From Phycisphaerae bacterium (GTDB taxonomy: Bacteria; Planctomycetota; Phycisphaerae; UBA1845; Fen-1342), in NCBI GenBank assembly GCA_050115495.1, contig JASFQK010000043.1, positions 1 to 55,553 on the forward strand: a stretch of 55,553 bases of DNA. The letters are read 5' to 3'. This document shows, piece after piece, positions 37,945 to 47,548 of this stretch (the stretch's first letter is position 1; each line of letters begins with the position of its first letter). Position numbers and translations under genes: made by a program. Below the pieces are notes generated by a model. That model saw only the letters and a program-made list of their open reading frames with translations, was not told where the DNA came from and did not search any database.

Positions 37945-39240
37945 ATGCCAGACGTACCGACACCGGCGACCACACCGGCTCCGCCCAATCCGAACACCCA
38001 GCCCGGCCCGCGCGGCGGCTGGGCGCTGCGCCTGCTCTTCCGTGGCGTGCTGCCGCTCGCGGTGGTTGCCGCCGGAACGCTCGGCGCCGTGCAACTCGTG
38101 CGCACGGCCCCGCAGGCCACCCAGCGCCCGCCGCAACGAACCGCCCGGCTCGTCGAGGTGCGCCCGGTCACGCGCGGCAGCGCGCCGGTCACCGTCGAAG
38201 CCATGGGCACCGTGATCGCCGCCCAGGAAATCACCCTTCAGGCCCAGGTCAGCGGCGAAGTGCTCGAAGTCAGCAAGAACCTCGTGCCCGGCGGTCGTGT
38301 TGCCGCCGGCGAAGTGCTGGTCCGCGTCGACCCGCGCGACTACGAGCTGGTCATTGAGGAAGCACGCAGCCAGGTAGCCCAGGCCGAATACGAACTCAAG
38401 CTCGAACAGGGTCGGCAGGACATCGCTCGGCGCGAGTGGGAGCTGCTCGGCGCCGGCGAAGAAACCAGCGAACTGGACCGCGAGCTCGCTCTGCGCAAGC
38501 CACACCTGGCCAAGGCCATGGCTGTGCTCGCCGCCGCCCAGGCCAGCCTCAGCAAGGCCGAGCTGGACCTGTCGCGCACGACGATCAGCGCTCCGTTCAA
38601 CGGCGTCATCACCGACGAACGCGTCGACCTCGGCGCCCAGGTCACCACGCAGACGCAGCTCGCCACGCTCGTCGGCACCGATGAGTACTGGGTGCAGGCC
38701 AGCATCCCCGTCGGCCAGCTCCGCTGGATCTGCATTCCGCAGCGCGAAGGCGACGAAGGCTCCACCGTCCTCGTTCGCCAGTACCTCGGCGCCGGTGCAA
38801 CCAATGAGTGGACCGGCCGCGTGGACCGCCTGCTCGGCGATCTCGAGCCCGAGGGCCGCATGGCCCGCCTGCTGATCTCGGTGCCCGATCCGCTCGGCCT
38901 GCACGCTGAAGACGGCGCCGCCCCGCTGCTCATCGGCTCGTACGTGCATCTCGAAGTCACCGGCCGCGACTTACCCGATGTCGTGACCATTGATCGCGAA
39001 GAGCTCCGCGACGGCGACACCGTCTGGCTCATGGACGCCGACGACCAGCTCGAGATCCGCCCCGTGCAGATCGCCTTCCGCGGTCGTGACCACGTGCTCC
39101 TGGATGGCGGACTCACTGGCGGCGAACGACTGGTCGTCACCGATCTGCCCGCCCCGGTCGCCGGCATGCCCCTGCGGCTCAAGGAAGAACAACCCTCGGC
39201 GACCCAGGCAGCCGGTGACGACGAAGGAGCCGCGCCATGA
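37945..39240 (+). CDS. RND efflux periplasmic adaptor subunit
   Basis: QVSGEV, LSRTTISAPFNGVI and GLTGGERLVVT. Confidence 0.92.
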   Translation: MPDVPTPATTPAPPNPNTQPGPRGGWALRLLFRGVLPLAVVAAGTLGAVQLVRTAPQATQRPPQRTARLVEVRPVTRGSAPVTVEAMGTVIAAQEITLQAQVSGEVLEVSKNLVPGGRVAAGEVLVRVDPRDYELVIEEARSQVAQAEYELKLEQGRQDIARREWELLGAGEETSELDRELALRKPHLAKAMAVLAAAQASLSKAELDLSRTTISAPFNGVITDERVDLGAQVTTQTQLATLVGTDEYWVQASIPVGQLRWICIPQREGDEGSTVLVRQYLGAGATNEWTGRVDRLLGDLEPEGRMARLLISVPDPLGLHAEDGAAPLLIGSYVHLEVTGRDLPDVVTIDREELRDGDTVWLMDADDQLEIRPVQIAFRGRDHVLLDGGLTGGERLVVTDLPAPVAGMPLRLKEEQPSATQAAGDDEGAAP

Positions 39241-42200
39241 CCACCGACGGCGCCGACCGCGAACTGCGCGGCCCCATCGCCTGGATGGTTCGTAACCACA
39301 CCACTCCAAACCTGCTGATGATGATGTTGCTCGTCGGCGGGTTTCTCATGGCCCTGCGCATCAAGCAGGAGGTGTTTCCGGAGTTCTCATCGGATACGGT
39401 CAGCGTCACCGTCCCCTATCCGGGCGCCAGTCCCGAGGAAGTCGAAAAGGGCATCGTCCTGGCCATCGAGGAAGCCGTGCGCAGCCTCGACGGCATCAAG
39501 GAGATCACCGCCACCGCCTCCGAGGGCCGCGCCGTCGTCCAGGCCGAGTTGCTGGCCAACGCCGACCACCAACAGGCCTACCAGGACATCAAGCAGGAGA
39601 TCGACCGCATCACGACGCTGCCGGAGGATGCCGAAGAACCGCAGGTCGTTCTCGATGTCCACCGCCGCCCGGTGCTCGAGCTCGTCCTCTACGGCGACGC
39701 CTCGGAGCGCATCCTGCGCGAACTCGCCGAGGAAGTGCGCGACCGCCTCCTGCAAGACGCCCAGATCACGCAGATCGACGTCTTCCCCGACCGCCAGTAT
39801 GAGGTCAGCGTCGAGGTGCCGCAGGAGAGCCTCCGCGCCCACAACCTCACGCTCGAAGGCGTCGCCAGCCGCATCCGTCAGGCCGCCCTCGAACTACCCG
39901 GTGGCAGCGTCAAGACCGAGGCCGGCGAAATCCTGTTGCGGATGACCGAGCGCCGCGACTACGCCCGCGAGTTCGCCCGTCTGCCCATCCTCACGCGCTC
40001 GGACGGCACCCGCCTCTATCTCGACGACATCGCCACCGTCACCGACACGTTCGAGGAGACCGACCAGGTGCAGATCTACAACGGACTGCCCTGCGTCGAA
40101 CTCACCGTGTATCGCGTCGGCGACCAGACGCCCATCGGCGTCTCCGATGCCGTCCGCGCCACGCTGGCCCACGCCGAGGCCGACCTACCGCCCGGCGTGA
40201 ACCTCGAAATCAACAACGACCGCTCGGACCATTACCGCCAGCGGCTCGAACTCCTCCTGCGCAACGGGCTGATCGGCCTGGTTCTGGTTCTCGTCGTGCT
40301 GGGCACCTTCCTCGAGATCCGCCTCGCCTTCTGGGTCATGATGGGCATCCCCATCTCCTTCCTGGGGGCGATGCTCTTCCTGCCGCTGTGCGACGTCTCG
40401 ATCAACATGATCTCGATGTTCGCCTTCATCATCGCCCTCGGTATCGTCGTCGATGACGCCATCGTGGCCGGCGAGAACATCTACGAATACCGGCAGCGCG
40501 GGATGGGCTTCATCCCCGCCGCCATCCGCGGGGCACGTGACGTATCCGTCCCCATCGCCTTCGCGGTGCTCACCAATGTCGTCGCCTTTCTCCCCCTGGC
40601 CTTCATCCCCGGAATCATGGGCAAGGTCTTCGGTGTCATCCCCACCGTCGTCATCGCCACGTTCCTGATCTCCTGGGTCGAGTCGCTCTTCATTCTGCCC
40701 GCTCACCTGGGCTACGCCCACGCCGCCGGCGGCACCGCCCTGGGGCGCGTCCTGCACCGCGGCCAGCAACGTTTCAGCCAGGCGGTGACCCGCTTCATCG
40801 ACCGCCGCTTCGCCCCGCTCGTCGACACGTGCCTGCGCGGCCGCTACCTCACCATGGCCATCGGCGTGGCCATCCTCACCCTCATCGTCGGTTACGTCGC
40901 CAGCGGGCGGATGGGCATGACCCTCTTCCCCCGCACCGAGTCCGACGTGTCCATCGCCACCGCGGTCCTCCCCGTCGGCAGCCCCCTCTCCGCCACCACG
41001 GCCATCCGCGACAAGCTGCTCGCCACGGTCGATGAGGTCATCGCCCAGAACGGCGGCTCCAAGCTGGTCAAGGGCATCTCCGGCACGATCTCGCAGAACG
41101 AAGTCCGCGTCGTCGCCTATCTCACCGACCCGGACGTTCGCCCGCTCGGCACCACCGAGCTCACGCGTGTCTGGCGCGATCACGTCGGCGAGATCCCCGG
41201 CCTCGAATCGCTCAAGTTCGAGTTCGACCGCGGCGGCCCCGGCTCCGGCGCCGCCCTGACCATCGAGCTCGCCCACCGCGACGTCGAAGTGCTCGACCGC
41301 GCCAGCCGCACGCTCGCCAACGAGCTGGCCCAATTCCCCAACGTCCTCGACATCGACGACGGCTTCACCCCCGGCAAGCAGCAGCTCGACTTCACCATGC
41401 TGCCCGCCGGCCGCAGCGTCGGACTCACGAGCTACGACGTGGCCCGGCAACTCCGCAGCGCGTTCTACGGCGCCGAGGCCCTGCGCCAGCAGCGCGGCCG
41501 TAACGAAGTCAAGGTCATGGTCCGCCTGCCCAAGAGCCAGCGCGTCCGCGAGTACGACGTCGAGGAACTCGTCGTCCGTACGGCCGGTGGCCGCGACGTC
41601 CCGCTGCGCCAGGTAGCCGCCGTCGAGCGCAATCGAGCCTACACCACGATCACTCGCCGCGACGGCCGACGCACCGTCCAGGTCACCGCCGACGTCGAGC
41701 CCGCCGACCAGACCGAGCAGATCATCAGCACGCTGACGGCGAGCAACCTGCCCGACCTGGCCCGCGCCTACCCCGGCCTGACCTACAGCTTCGAGGGTCA
41801 CCAGGCGGACATGCGCGAGAGCCTCGGCAGCCTGTCCACCGGCTTCCTCCTGGCGCTGCTCGGCATTTACACGTTACTGGCCATCCCCTTTGGCAACTAC
41901 TTCCACCCCTTCATCGTCATGTTGGCCATCCCCTTCGGCGTCGTCGGGGCGGTCCTCGGTCACCTGCTCATGGGCTACAGCCTGAGCGTGGTCAGCATGA
42001 TGGGCATCGTCGCCCTGGCCGGCGTGGTGGTGAATGACGCCCTGGTGCTGATCATCTACGCCAACGAGCAACGCGCCGCCGGCGCTTCGCCGCACGACGC
42101 CATCTGCCTGGCTTCGGTCCGCCGTTTCCGCCCCGTGATCCTGACGACGCTGACGACGTTCGGCGGACTGGCCCCGATGATCTTCGAGACATCCCGTCAG

Positions 42201-42380
42201 GCCCGCATGATGATCCCGATGGCGCTTTCGCTCGGCTACGGCATTCTCTTCGCCACGGCGATCACGCTGCTGCTCATCCCGTGCATGTACTGCATCGTCG
42301 AGGATATCCGCAGTGCGGTGCGGGCCGCCCTGGGCCACGGGTCGGAGCCCGACCGCGCCGTCGAGCCCCGACCCTCGTAG
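39237..42380 (+). CDS. RND efflux permease (AcrB/AcrD/AcrF family)
   Basis: [34 protein letters not shown] and [12 protein letters not shown]. Confidence 0.95.
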   Translation: MTTDGADRELRGPIAWMVRNHTTPNLLMMMLLVGGFLMALRIKQEVFPEFSSDTVSVTVPYPGASPEEVEKGIVLAIEEAVRSLDGIKEITATASEGRAVVQAELLANADHQQAYQDIKQEIDRITTLPEDAEEPQVVLDVHRRPVLELVLYGDASERILRELAEEVRDRLLQDAQITQIDVFPDRQYEVSVEVPQESLRAHNLTLEGVASRIRQAALELPGGSVKTEAGEILLRMTERRDYAREFARLPILTRSDGTRLYLDDIATVTDTFEETDQVQIYNGLPCVELTVYRVGDQTPIGVSDAVRATLAHAEADLPPGVNLEINNDRSDHYRQRLELLLRNGLIGLVLVLVVLGTFLEIRLAFWVMMGIPISFLGAMLFLPLCDVSINMISMFAFIIALGIVVDDAIVAGENIYEYRQRGMGFIPAAIRGARDVSVPIAFAVLTNVVAFLPLAFIPGIMGKVFGVIPTVVIATFLISWVESLFILPAHLGYAHAAGGTALGRVLHRGQQRFSQAVTRFIDRRFAPLVDTCLRGRYLTMAIGVAILTLIVGYVASGRMGMTLFPRTESDVSIATAVLPVGSPLSATTAIRDKLLATVDEVIAQNGGSKLVKGISGTISQNEVRVVAYLTDPDVRPLGTTELTRVWRDHVGEIPGLESLKFEFDRGGPGSGAALTIELAHRDVEVLDRASRTLANELAQFPNVLDIDDGFTPGKQQLDFTMLPAGRSVGLTSYDVARQLRSAFYGAEALRQQRGRNEVKVMVRLPKSQRVREYDVEELVVRTAGGRDVPLRQVAAVERNRAYTTITRRDGRRTVQVTADVEPADQTEQIISTLTASNLPDLARAYPGLTYSFEGHQADMRESLGSLSTGFLLALLGIYTLLAIPFGNYFHPFIVMLAIPFGVVGAVLGHLLMGYSLSVVSMMGIVALAGVVVNDALVLIIYANEQRAAGASPHDAICLASVRRFRPVILTTLTTFGGLAPMIFETSRQARMMIPMALSLGYGILFATAITLLLIPCMYCIVEDIRSAVRAALGHGSEPDRAVEPRPS

Positions 42381-42416
42381 AAAAATCGGCGGGCAGAAGT
42401 CGCCCTACGTCCGCCG
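42381..42416 (-). terminator. Hairpin between convergent genes
   Basis: AAAAAT-CGGCGGGC...GTCCGCCG, giving a U tract on the minus strand. Confidence 0.45.
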
Positions 42417-42417
42417 C

Positions 42418-45400
42418 CTACTTGCCGTCGAGCAGGTCCACGAACGGGCGGATGTCGAAGTTGCTGACGACGCCATCGCCGTTGACGTCGGCGTTGACCA
42501 GCAGACACTCCGGATGCGCCGCCACGTACCCCGCCGGATCGACCAGGGCCTGCACGAACGGCCGGATGTCGAGGTTGTTGACCAGCCCGTCGCAGTTCAG
42601 ATCGCCCGGTAGCACTTCGCACACGTCGAGCAGGCCGTTGTGGTTGGCGTCCGCCTCGCCGGCGGCGAGGTCGCACAGGTCGGGCACGGCGTTGGCATCG
42701 CAGTCATCCGCCCCGCGGAACGCGTACACCGCCCCGCCGGCCGACGCCGTGTCATCATCGCCGTACGCCCCGACCAACGCCGTGTCGCCGACCACGGCCA
42801 CCGCGTAGCCGAACGAGTCAAACGGATCCGTCACCGCATCCAGGCGACCGACGTTGAACCAGCCGGCGCCCTCGTTCCAGAAGAGGTACGCTGCTCCGGA
42901 CAACGCGCCGTGGACGGAGTCCGCGTAGGCGCCGGCGAGCACCTTCCACGGCGGCCCTGCCGAGATCGTCACCGCGTGTCCGAGCAGCGCTCCCGCCTGG
43001 ATTTCCACCGGCAGGAGCTTCGTCTCTTCCAGCCACGTTTCGCCGTCGGCCACGAACACGTACGCCGCGCCCGCCGCGTTTCCGCCCTCGTCGGCCCGCA
43101 TCGCCCCGACCACCACCCGCAGCGGCGGTCCGTCGGCCACGGCCACGCTGCAACCATAGCGATCGTTAGCCACCACGTCGGCCGCCTCCAACCGCGTCGC
43201 CAGCGCCCACTGGCCGCCGTCGTACCGGAACACGTACGCCGCGCCGGCGTCGGTGCCCGGCTCATCGTCGCCGTACGCCCCCACCACGATCACATCGCCG
43301 ACCGCGGCCACCGCGTAGCCGAAGTTGTCCCCGGCCACCGCGTCGGGGGGCGTCAGCTTCGCCTCCGGCAGCCACGCCGAACCGCTCCAGCGGAACACGT
43401 ACACCGCGCCGGCGTCCGTACCCGCCTCATCGTCACCGTGCGCCCCCACGACGGCCACATCCCCGGCGACGGCCACGGCGGTGCCGAACTTCGCCCCGGT
43501 CGAGCCGTCATCGGCGACCAGCTTGGCCTGCTCGACCCAGTCCTCGCCGATGAGCCGGAACACGTACGCTGCCCCGTGGTCCGCCCCGCCGCCGTCATCG
43601 CCGTAGGCACCGACCACGACCACATCCGCCCAGAGCGAGACGGCGCAACCGAAGTAGTCCTTCTCGTCCGCATCCGTGGCTTGCAGGCGGACCTCTTCGA
43701 CCCAGTCGGCGCCCGCCGGCCGCAGCACGTACGCCACGCCCGTATCCGTCGCCGGACCGTCCTTGAGACTCGCACCGACCAGGGCCCGGTCGCCACCGGC
43801 CCCATCCGCGGCGAGGGCATAGCCGAACTGGTCGCCCTGCGCGCCGTCCACGGCCAGCACCTTCGCTGTCTCCGCGCCCGCACAGATGGCGCACTCGTCC
43901 GGCAGGCCGTCCCGGTTGGCGTCGACCGAGGTACCGTCGGCCACGTCGCAGTCGTCGGGCACGCCGTTGGCGTTGCAGTCGCCGCTCACGCCCGTCGCGA
44001 TGTCCCAATCGTCCGGTATGCCGTTGCCGTTGCAATCCGGCTCACACTCGTCCGGCACACCGTTGCCATTCACGTCCAGGCTGGTCTGATCGGCGATGTC
44101 GAACGAGTCGTGCACGCCGTTGCCGTTGCAGTCGCCCAGCCGCACGAAGTAGACGTCCTGCTCGCCGTTGAACGTGGCCGCGTACGCCAGGTTGACCCCG
44201 CCCTCGTCCGAGATCATGTCGTAGTAGTCTCCCAGCTTGTTCTGCTGGGGCCAGCCGACGAAGCTGTCGAACGGCGGCGAGGCAACCAGGTTCGGCGACC
44301 ACGTCCGCCCGCCGTCGTGCGACCAGGCGTAGTACAGCTCCGAAACCCGCTGGCTGCCCGTGTTGCGCGTGTCGTTCCACACGGCGTCGATCCGCCCACT
44401 TGGCGCCACCGACATCGTGCCGAACCACTGCAGCGCACCTTCGTAGTAGGAGTCGTCGTTTACCCGCACGGGCGCGCTCCAGGTCTCGCCGCCGTCCTCG
44501 CTACGGGCGAACATCACGTCCAGCGGATCGGAGGTGGACGTCCGTGTCACCGAGCACAGCATGTACACGTTGTCGCGCGTCGGCCCGTCCGAGTGGTCCA
44601 CCGCGATCCACACCTGCCCCAGGAGCCCACCGGGATTCGGCCCGCCGAACGAGGGCACCGTGCCGTCCAGACTCACGCCCACCGTGAAGTCGTACGCCGG
44701 CGGCAGGCTCGAGTCCTGGATCGTGCTCGACTTGATCACGGCGAAGCCGATGCTGGAGATGTACAGCTCGCCGTAGTTGCCCACGGCCAGCGTTCCCCAC
44801 TGCGGCGCCGTCGGCAGCTCCAGGCAATCCAGGAACGAGGCCCCGCCGTCGTACGACCGCGTGAAGTTCCCGTTGCACGAGCTGTACGCCCGCGTCCAAG
44901 CGGCGTAGACGTTCCCGTCACCGATCCCGCCGCTGCGATCGACGGCCATCCACTGCTTGTCCCCGCCGTACGCGAAGATCGGGTCGCTCCAGGTCACGCC
45001 ACCGTCCGACGACAGGAACACGTCGCAGGCGTACCCGCCAACCGCCCGCAGACTGTTATAGATGAAGTTCCCGTCGGAGTCGGCGTCCAGCACCGGGTCC
45101 GAGCGGAACACGCCCGGATCGAGCACGCCCGGAAACGTCCAGGTCGCCCCGCCGTCATGGCTGTACGCGTACCCGGCCTGCCGGAACGACGACGTCACCG
45201 TGTCGAACTGGCGCCAGCCGATGACCATGCGGTTTGGCTGCGTCGGGTCGATCGCCAAGCTCGGCTCGTTCGCCGCGTCGCCCAGGATGTTGTTGCCGAA
45301 CTCGTCGACGTTGACCTGCACGCTCTGGTAGCCGTTGCGGCGCAGCTTCGCCGGCGGCAGTGGCGGCGACGTGCGCCGTTCGATCGGCGTGACGTGCGGA

Positions 45401-45570
45401 TCGCCGGTCGGCTGTTCGTGCGGCTGTGGCGGGGGCGCAACGTGCTGCGCCTCCGGTGTCTCCTGTGGCTCGGCCGCCGGTTCGGTCTGCGCCGTCGTGA
45501 TACCCACGATGCCCAACACCAGCAGCACCACCAACCCGCGATTGACCCACCGAATTGCATGCCGATGCAT
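42418..45570 (-). CDS. Secreted multidomain protein: Asp-box (sialidase-like) propeller, Cys/Asp repeats, FG-GAP propeller and dockerin-like tail
   Basis: Start at MHRHAIRW with a signal peptide; five SxDGGxTW/F boxes; DCNGNGxPD repeats; FGxAVA...GAYGDD...GAAYVF repeats; GDLNCDGLVNNLDIRPFV. Confidence 0.85.
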   Translation of the reverse strand: MHRHAIRWVNRGLVVLLVLGIVGITTAQTEPAAEPQETPEAQHVAPPPQPHEQPTGDPHVTPIERRTSPPLPPAKLRRNGYQSVQVNVDEFGNNILGDAANEPSLAIDPTQPNRMVIGWRQFDTVTSSFRQAGYAYSHDGGATWTFPGVLDPGVFRSDPVLDADSDGNFIYNSLRAVGGYACDVFLSSDGGVTWSDPIFAYGGDKQWMAVDRSGGIGDGNVYAAWTRAYSSCNGNFTRSYDGGASFLDCLELPTAPQWGTLAVGNYGELYISSIGFAVIKSSTIQDSSLPPAYDFTVGVSLDGTVPSFGGPNPGGLLGQVWIAVDHSDGPTRDNVYMLCSVTRTSTSDPLDVMFARSEDGGETWSAPVRVNDDSYYEGALQWFGTMSVAPSGRIDAVWNDTRNTGSQRVSELYYAWSHDGGRTWSPNLVASPPFDSFVGWPQQNKLGDYYDMISDEGGVNLAYAATFNGEQDVYFVRLGDCNGNGVHDSFDIADQTSLDVNGNGVPDECEPDCNGNGIPDDWDIATGVSGDCNANGVPDDCDVADGTSVDANRDGLPDECAICAGAETAKVLAVDGAQGDQFGYALAADGAGGDRALVGASLKDGPATDTGVAYVLRPAGADWVEEVRLQATDADEKDYFGCAVSLWADVVVVGAYGDDGGGADHGAAYVFRLIGEDWVEQAKLVADDGSTGAKFGTAVAVAGDVAVVGAHGDDEAGTDAGAVYVFRWSGSAWLPEAKLTPPDAVAGDNFGYAVAAVGDVIVVGAYGDDEPGTDAGAAYVFRYDGGQWALATRLEAADVVANDRYGCSVAVADGPPLRVVVGAMRADEGGNAAGAAYVFVADGETWLEETKLLPVEIQAGALLGHAVTISAGPPWKVLAGAYADSVHGALSGAAYLFWNEGAGWFNVGRLDAVTDPFDSFGYAVAVVGDTALVGAYGDDDTASAGGAVYAFRGADDCDANAVPDLCDLAAGEADANHNGLLDVCEVLPGDLNCDGLVNNLDIRPFVQALVDPAGYVAAHPECLLVNADVNGDGVVSNFDIRPFVDLLDGK

Positions 45571-45750
45571 TTCCGACACTCCTGGCCCCCAGCCCTGTCT
45601 TTGTCGTTCCGCCAGTCGGCGGGCACCGCACCGAACGCTTCGCCGGCGCGCTCCGCGCTCCCAGCGCAGGGTCGTCCCCCTTGCCAATCCGAATTCTACT
45701 GCGCCCCACCTCCACCCCCACCGGAAAACACGACTTCCCACACTCCGCCG

Positions 45751-45778
45751 GGTGCCACTGGTGGCTTGCCCACCAGTG
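45751..45778. repeat. Palindromic dispersed repeat
   Basis: GGTGCCACTGGTGGCTTGCCCACCAGTG; further copies at 52601-52628 and 52945-52972. Confidence 0.8.
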
Positions 45779-45785
45779 CCGCCCC

Positions 45786-47270
45786 CTAGTATTGCCGTCT
45801 CCGCCGGGCGGTCGGTATGTCCAGTTGCGCCCGGTACTTGGCCACTGTCCGCCGCTTGATCTCGATCCCCATGTCCTTCAACCGGCCCACGATCTCGTCG
45901 TCGCTGAGCGGATTGGATTTGTCCTCCCCGTCGACGATCTCCTGCACCTTTGCCTTGATGCTGTCCCAGCCCAGCGCCTCGCCGTCGCCCGCCTCGGTCC
46001 CACCCGTGAAGAACCGCCGCAGCGGGTAGATCCCCCGCGGCGTCTGCACGTACTTCTCGTCCACCGTTCGGCTGATCGTCGACGGGTCGCACCCAAAGCG
46101 CGCCGCCAGGTCGCTCATCCGCAGCACGCGTAGATGCTGCTCGCCGTGGTCCAGGAAGTCCCGCTGGGCCTCGACCACCGCCTTGGCCACCTCCAACAGC
46201 CGCTCCCGGCGATAACGCACCGCGTCGATGATCGCGCTGGCTGCCTCGATCTTCTGCTTGATGAACTCCCGCGCCGCCTTGTCGTTCCGCGACTTCTCCA
46301 GCGCCTCGCGAAACTCCGGCGAGATCCGCAGCTCGCGCGAGTTTCCCCGCGCCAACCGCACGTCGTACCGCTCCTCCTGCTCGTCGTACTCGACGATGAC
46401 GTCCGGCACGATCGGCGGCACTTGCCGGTCCACAACCTCCAGCCCCGGCCGCAACGACAGCCGGGCAATCACGCCCAGCGCCGCCTTCACCTCGTCCAGC
46501 TCGACGTCCAGGGCCTTGGCGATCGCCGGCAGGCGGTTCTTCTGCAGGTTCTCGAAATGCTCCTCGATGATCCGCCGCGAAATCTCCGTGTCGAACGGCA
46601 GCGCCTCGAGCTGCAGCACGAGACACTCCTGAAGATCCCGCGCCCCCACCCCTGGCGGATCGAGCAGTTGCACCATGGCCAGAGCCGCTTCGAGTTCGCC
46701 CCGCGTGGGCGGCTGGTCCAACTCGCTGCCGAGCTCCTCGAGCGGCGCGGTCAGCCGCCCCGCCTCGTCCAGATTGTCGATGATCAGCGCCCCGATCTCC
46801 CGGGTGCGGGCGTCCATCTCGACGAGGGTCCATTGTTCGAGCAGGTATTCCTGGAGGCTGATCGGCCGGCTGGCCGTATTCGCCATCGCCTCCAGCTTAA
46901 TGTCCCCCTCTTCGAGCCCCCGCGCCCGCGACTTCGTCCCGCGATACTCCCCGTCGTCGTCGATCCAGTCGTATTCCCGAACCAGGCTGTCCAGCCGCTC
47001 GAAGTCCTGGGCGTCCCCTTCACGGACGACGAGCGTCTGCTCCCCCTCGGCCCGCTCCTGCTCCGGCGGGGCCTGCACCTCGGCGGCCGGCGTCTCCTCT
47101 TCCGGACTGGCCAGTTCGAGAGCCGGGTTGCCGTCGATCTCCTGCGCGATCCTCGACTCCAGCGCCATCAGCGGCAGCTGGAGAATGTCCATAGCCTGGA
47201 TCAACTGCGGCGTCAGGCGTTGCTGCTGCTGGAGGAGCTGTCGAGGAATCTGCGACAGTATCTGCGACAT
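45786..47270 (-). CDS. rpoN: RNA polymerase sigma-54 factor
   Basis: Gln/Leu-rich region I, DPPGVGARDLQECL, STISRTV and RpoN box RRTVAKYR. Confidence 0.96.
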   Translation of the reverse strand: MSQILSQIPRQLLQQQQRLTPQLIQAMDILQLPLMALESRIAQEIDGNPALELASPEEETPAAEVQAPPEQERAEGEQTLVVREGDAQDFERLDSLVREYDWIDDDGEYRGTKSRARGLEEGDIKLEAMANTASRPISLQEYLLEQWTLVEMDARTREIGALIIDNLDEAGRLTAPLEELGSELDQPPTRGELEAALAMVQLLDPPGVGARDLQECLVLQLEALPFDTEISRRIIEEHFENLQKNRLPAIAKALDVELDEVKAALGVIARLSLRPGLEVVDRQVPPIVPDVIVEYDEQEERYDVRLARGNSRELRISPEFREALEKSRNDKAAREFIKQKIEAASAIIDAVRYRRERLLEVAKAVVEAQRDFLDHGEQHLRVLRMSDLAARFGCDPSTISRTVDEKYVQTPRGIYPLRRFFTGGTEAGDGEALGWDSIKAKVQEIVDGEDKSNPLSDDEIVGRLKDMGIEIKRRTVAKYRAQLDIPTARRRRQY

Positions 47271-47548
47271 GCAATCTCCGTCCGTAACCGGCTCTGCGCG
47301 TCATTCCCTCGCCAGTATCCAGTTGTGACGGCGCCGACGCGCGGACCCTCTCCCGCCGCGCTCAGGGCGGCTGCGGCCCGCCAGAATCCCTGTCTTTAAG
47401 AATAGTGCCTGGCGAAACGAGAGTCAAAACAATCGCCGCCAAAAGGACTTACGACACCCACCCCGCCGACGGTCACCCCCTGACCAGCGGCGTACAGCAC
47501 GACCGGCCACCCCCTTCAACTCGCCCACATCCCCCCATCACGAAACCT

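Noticed and set aside
42640..45789. Long antisense ORFs (also 33010..35292, 47822..49729, 14220..16091, 23304..24878, 40185..41801)
   Set aside because: These are shadow ORFs expected opposite high-GC genes; they have no recognisable motifs.
45571..46833. 421-codon N-terminal extension of ORF 42418..46833 overlapping rpoN
   Set aside because: It is an Arg/Gly/Ala-rich off-frame read of rpoN; the signal peptide starts at 45570.
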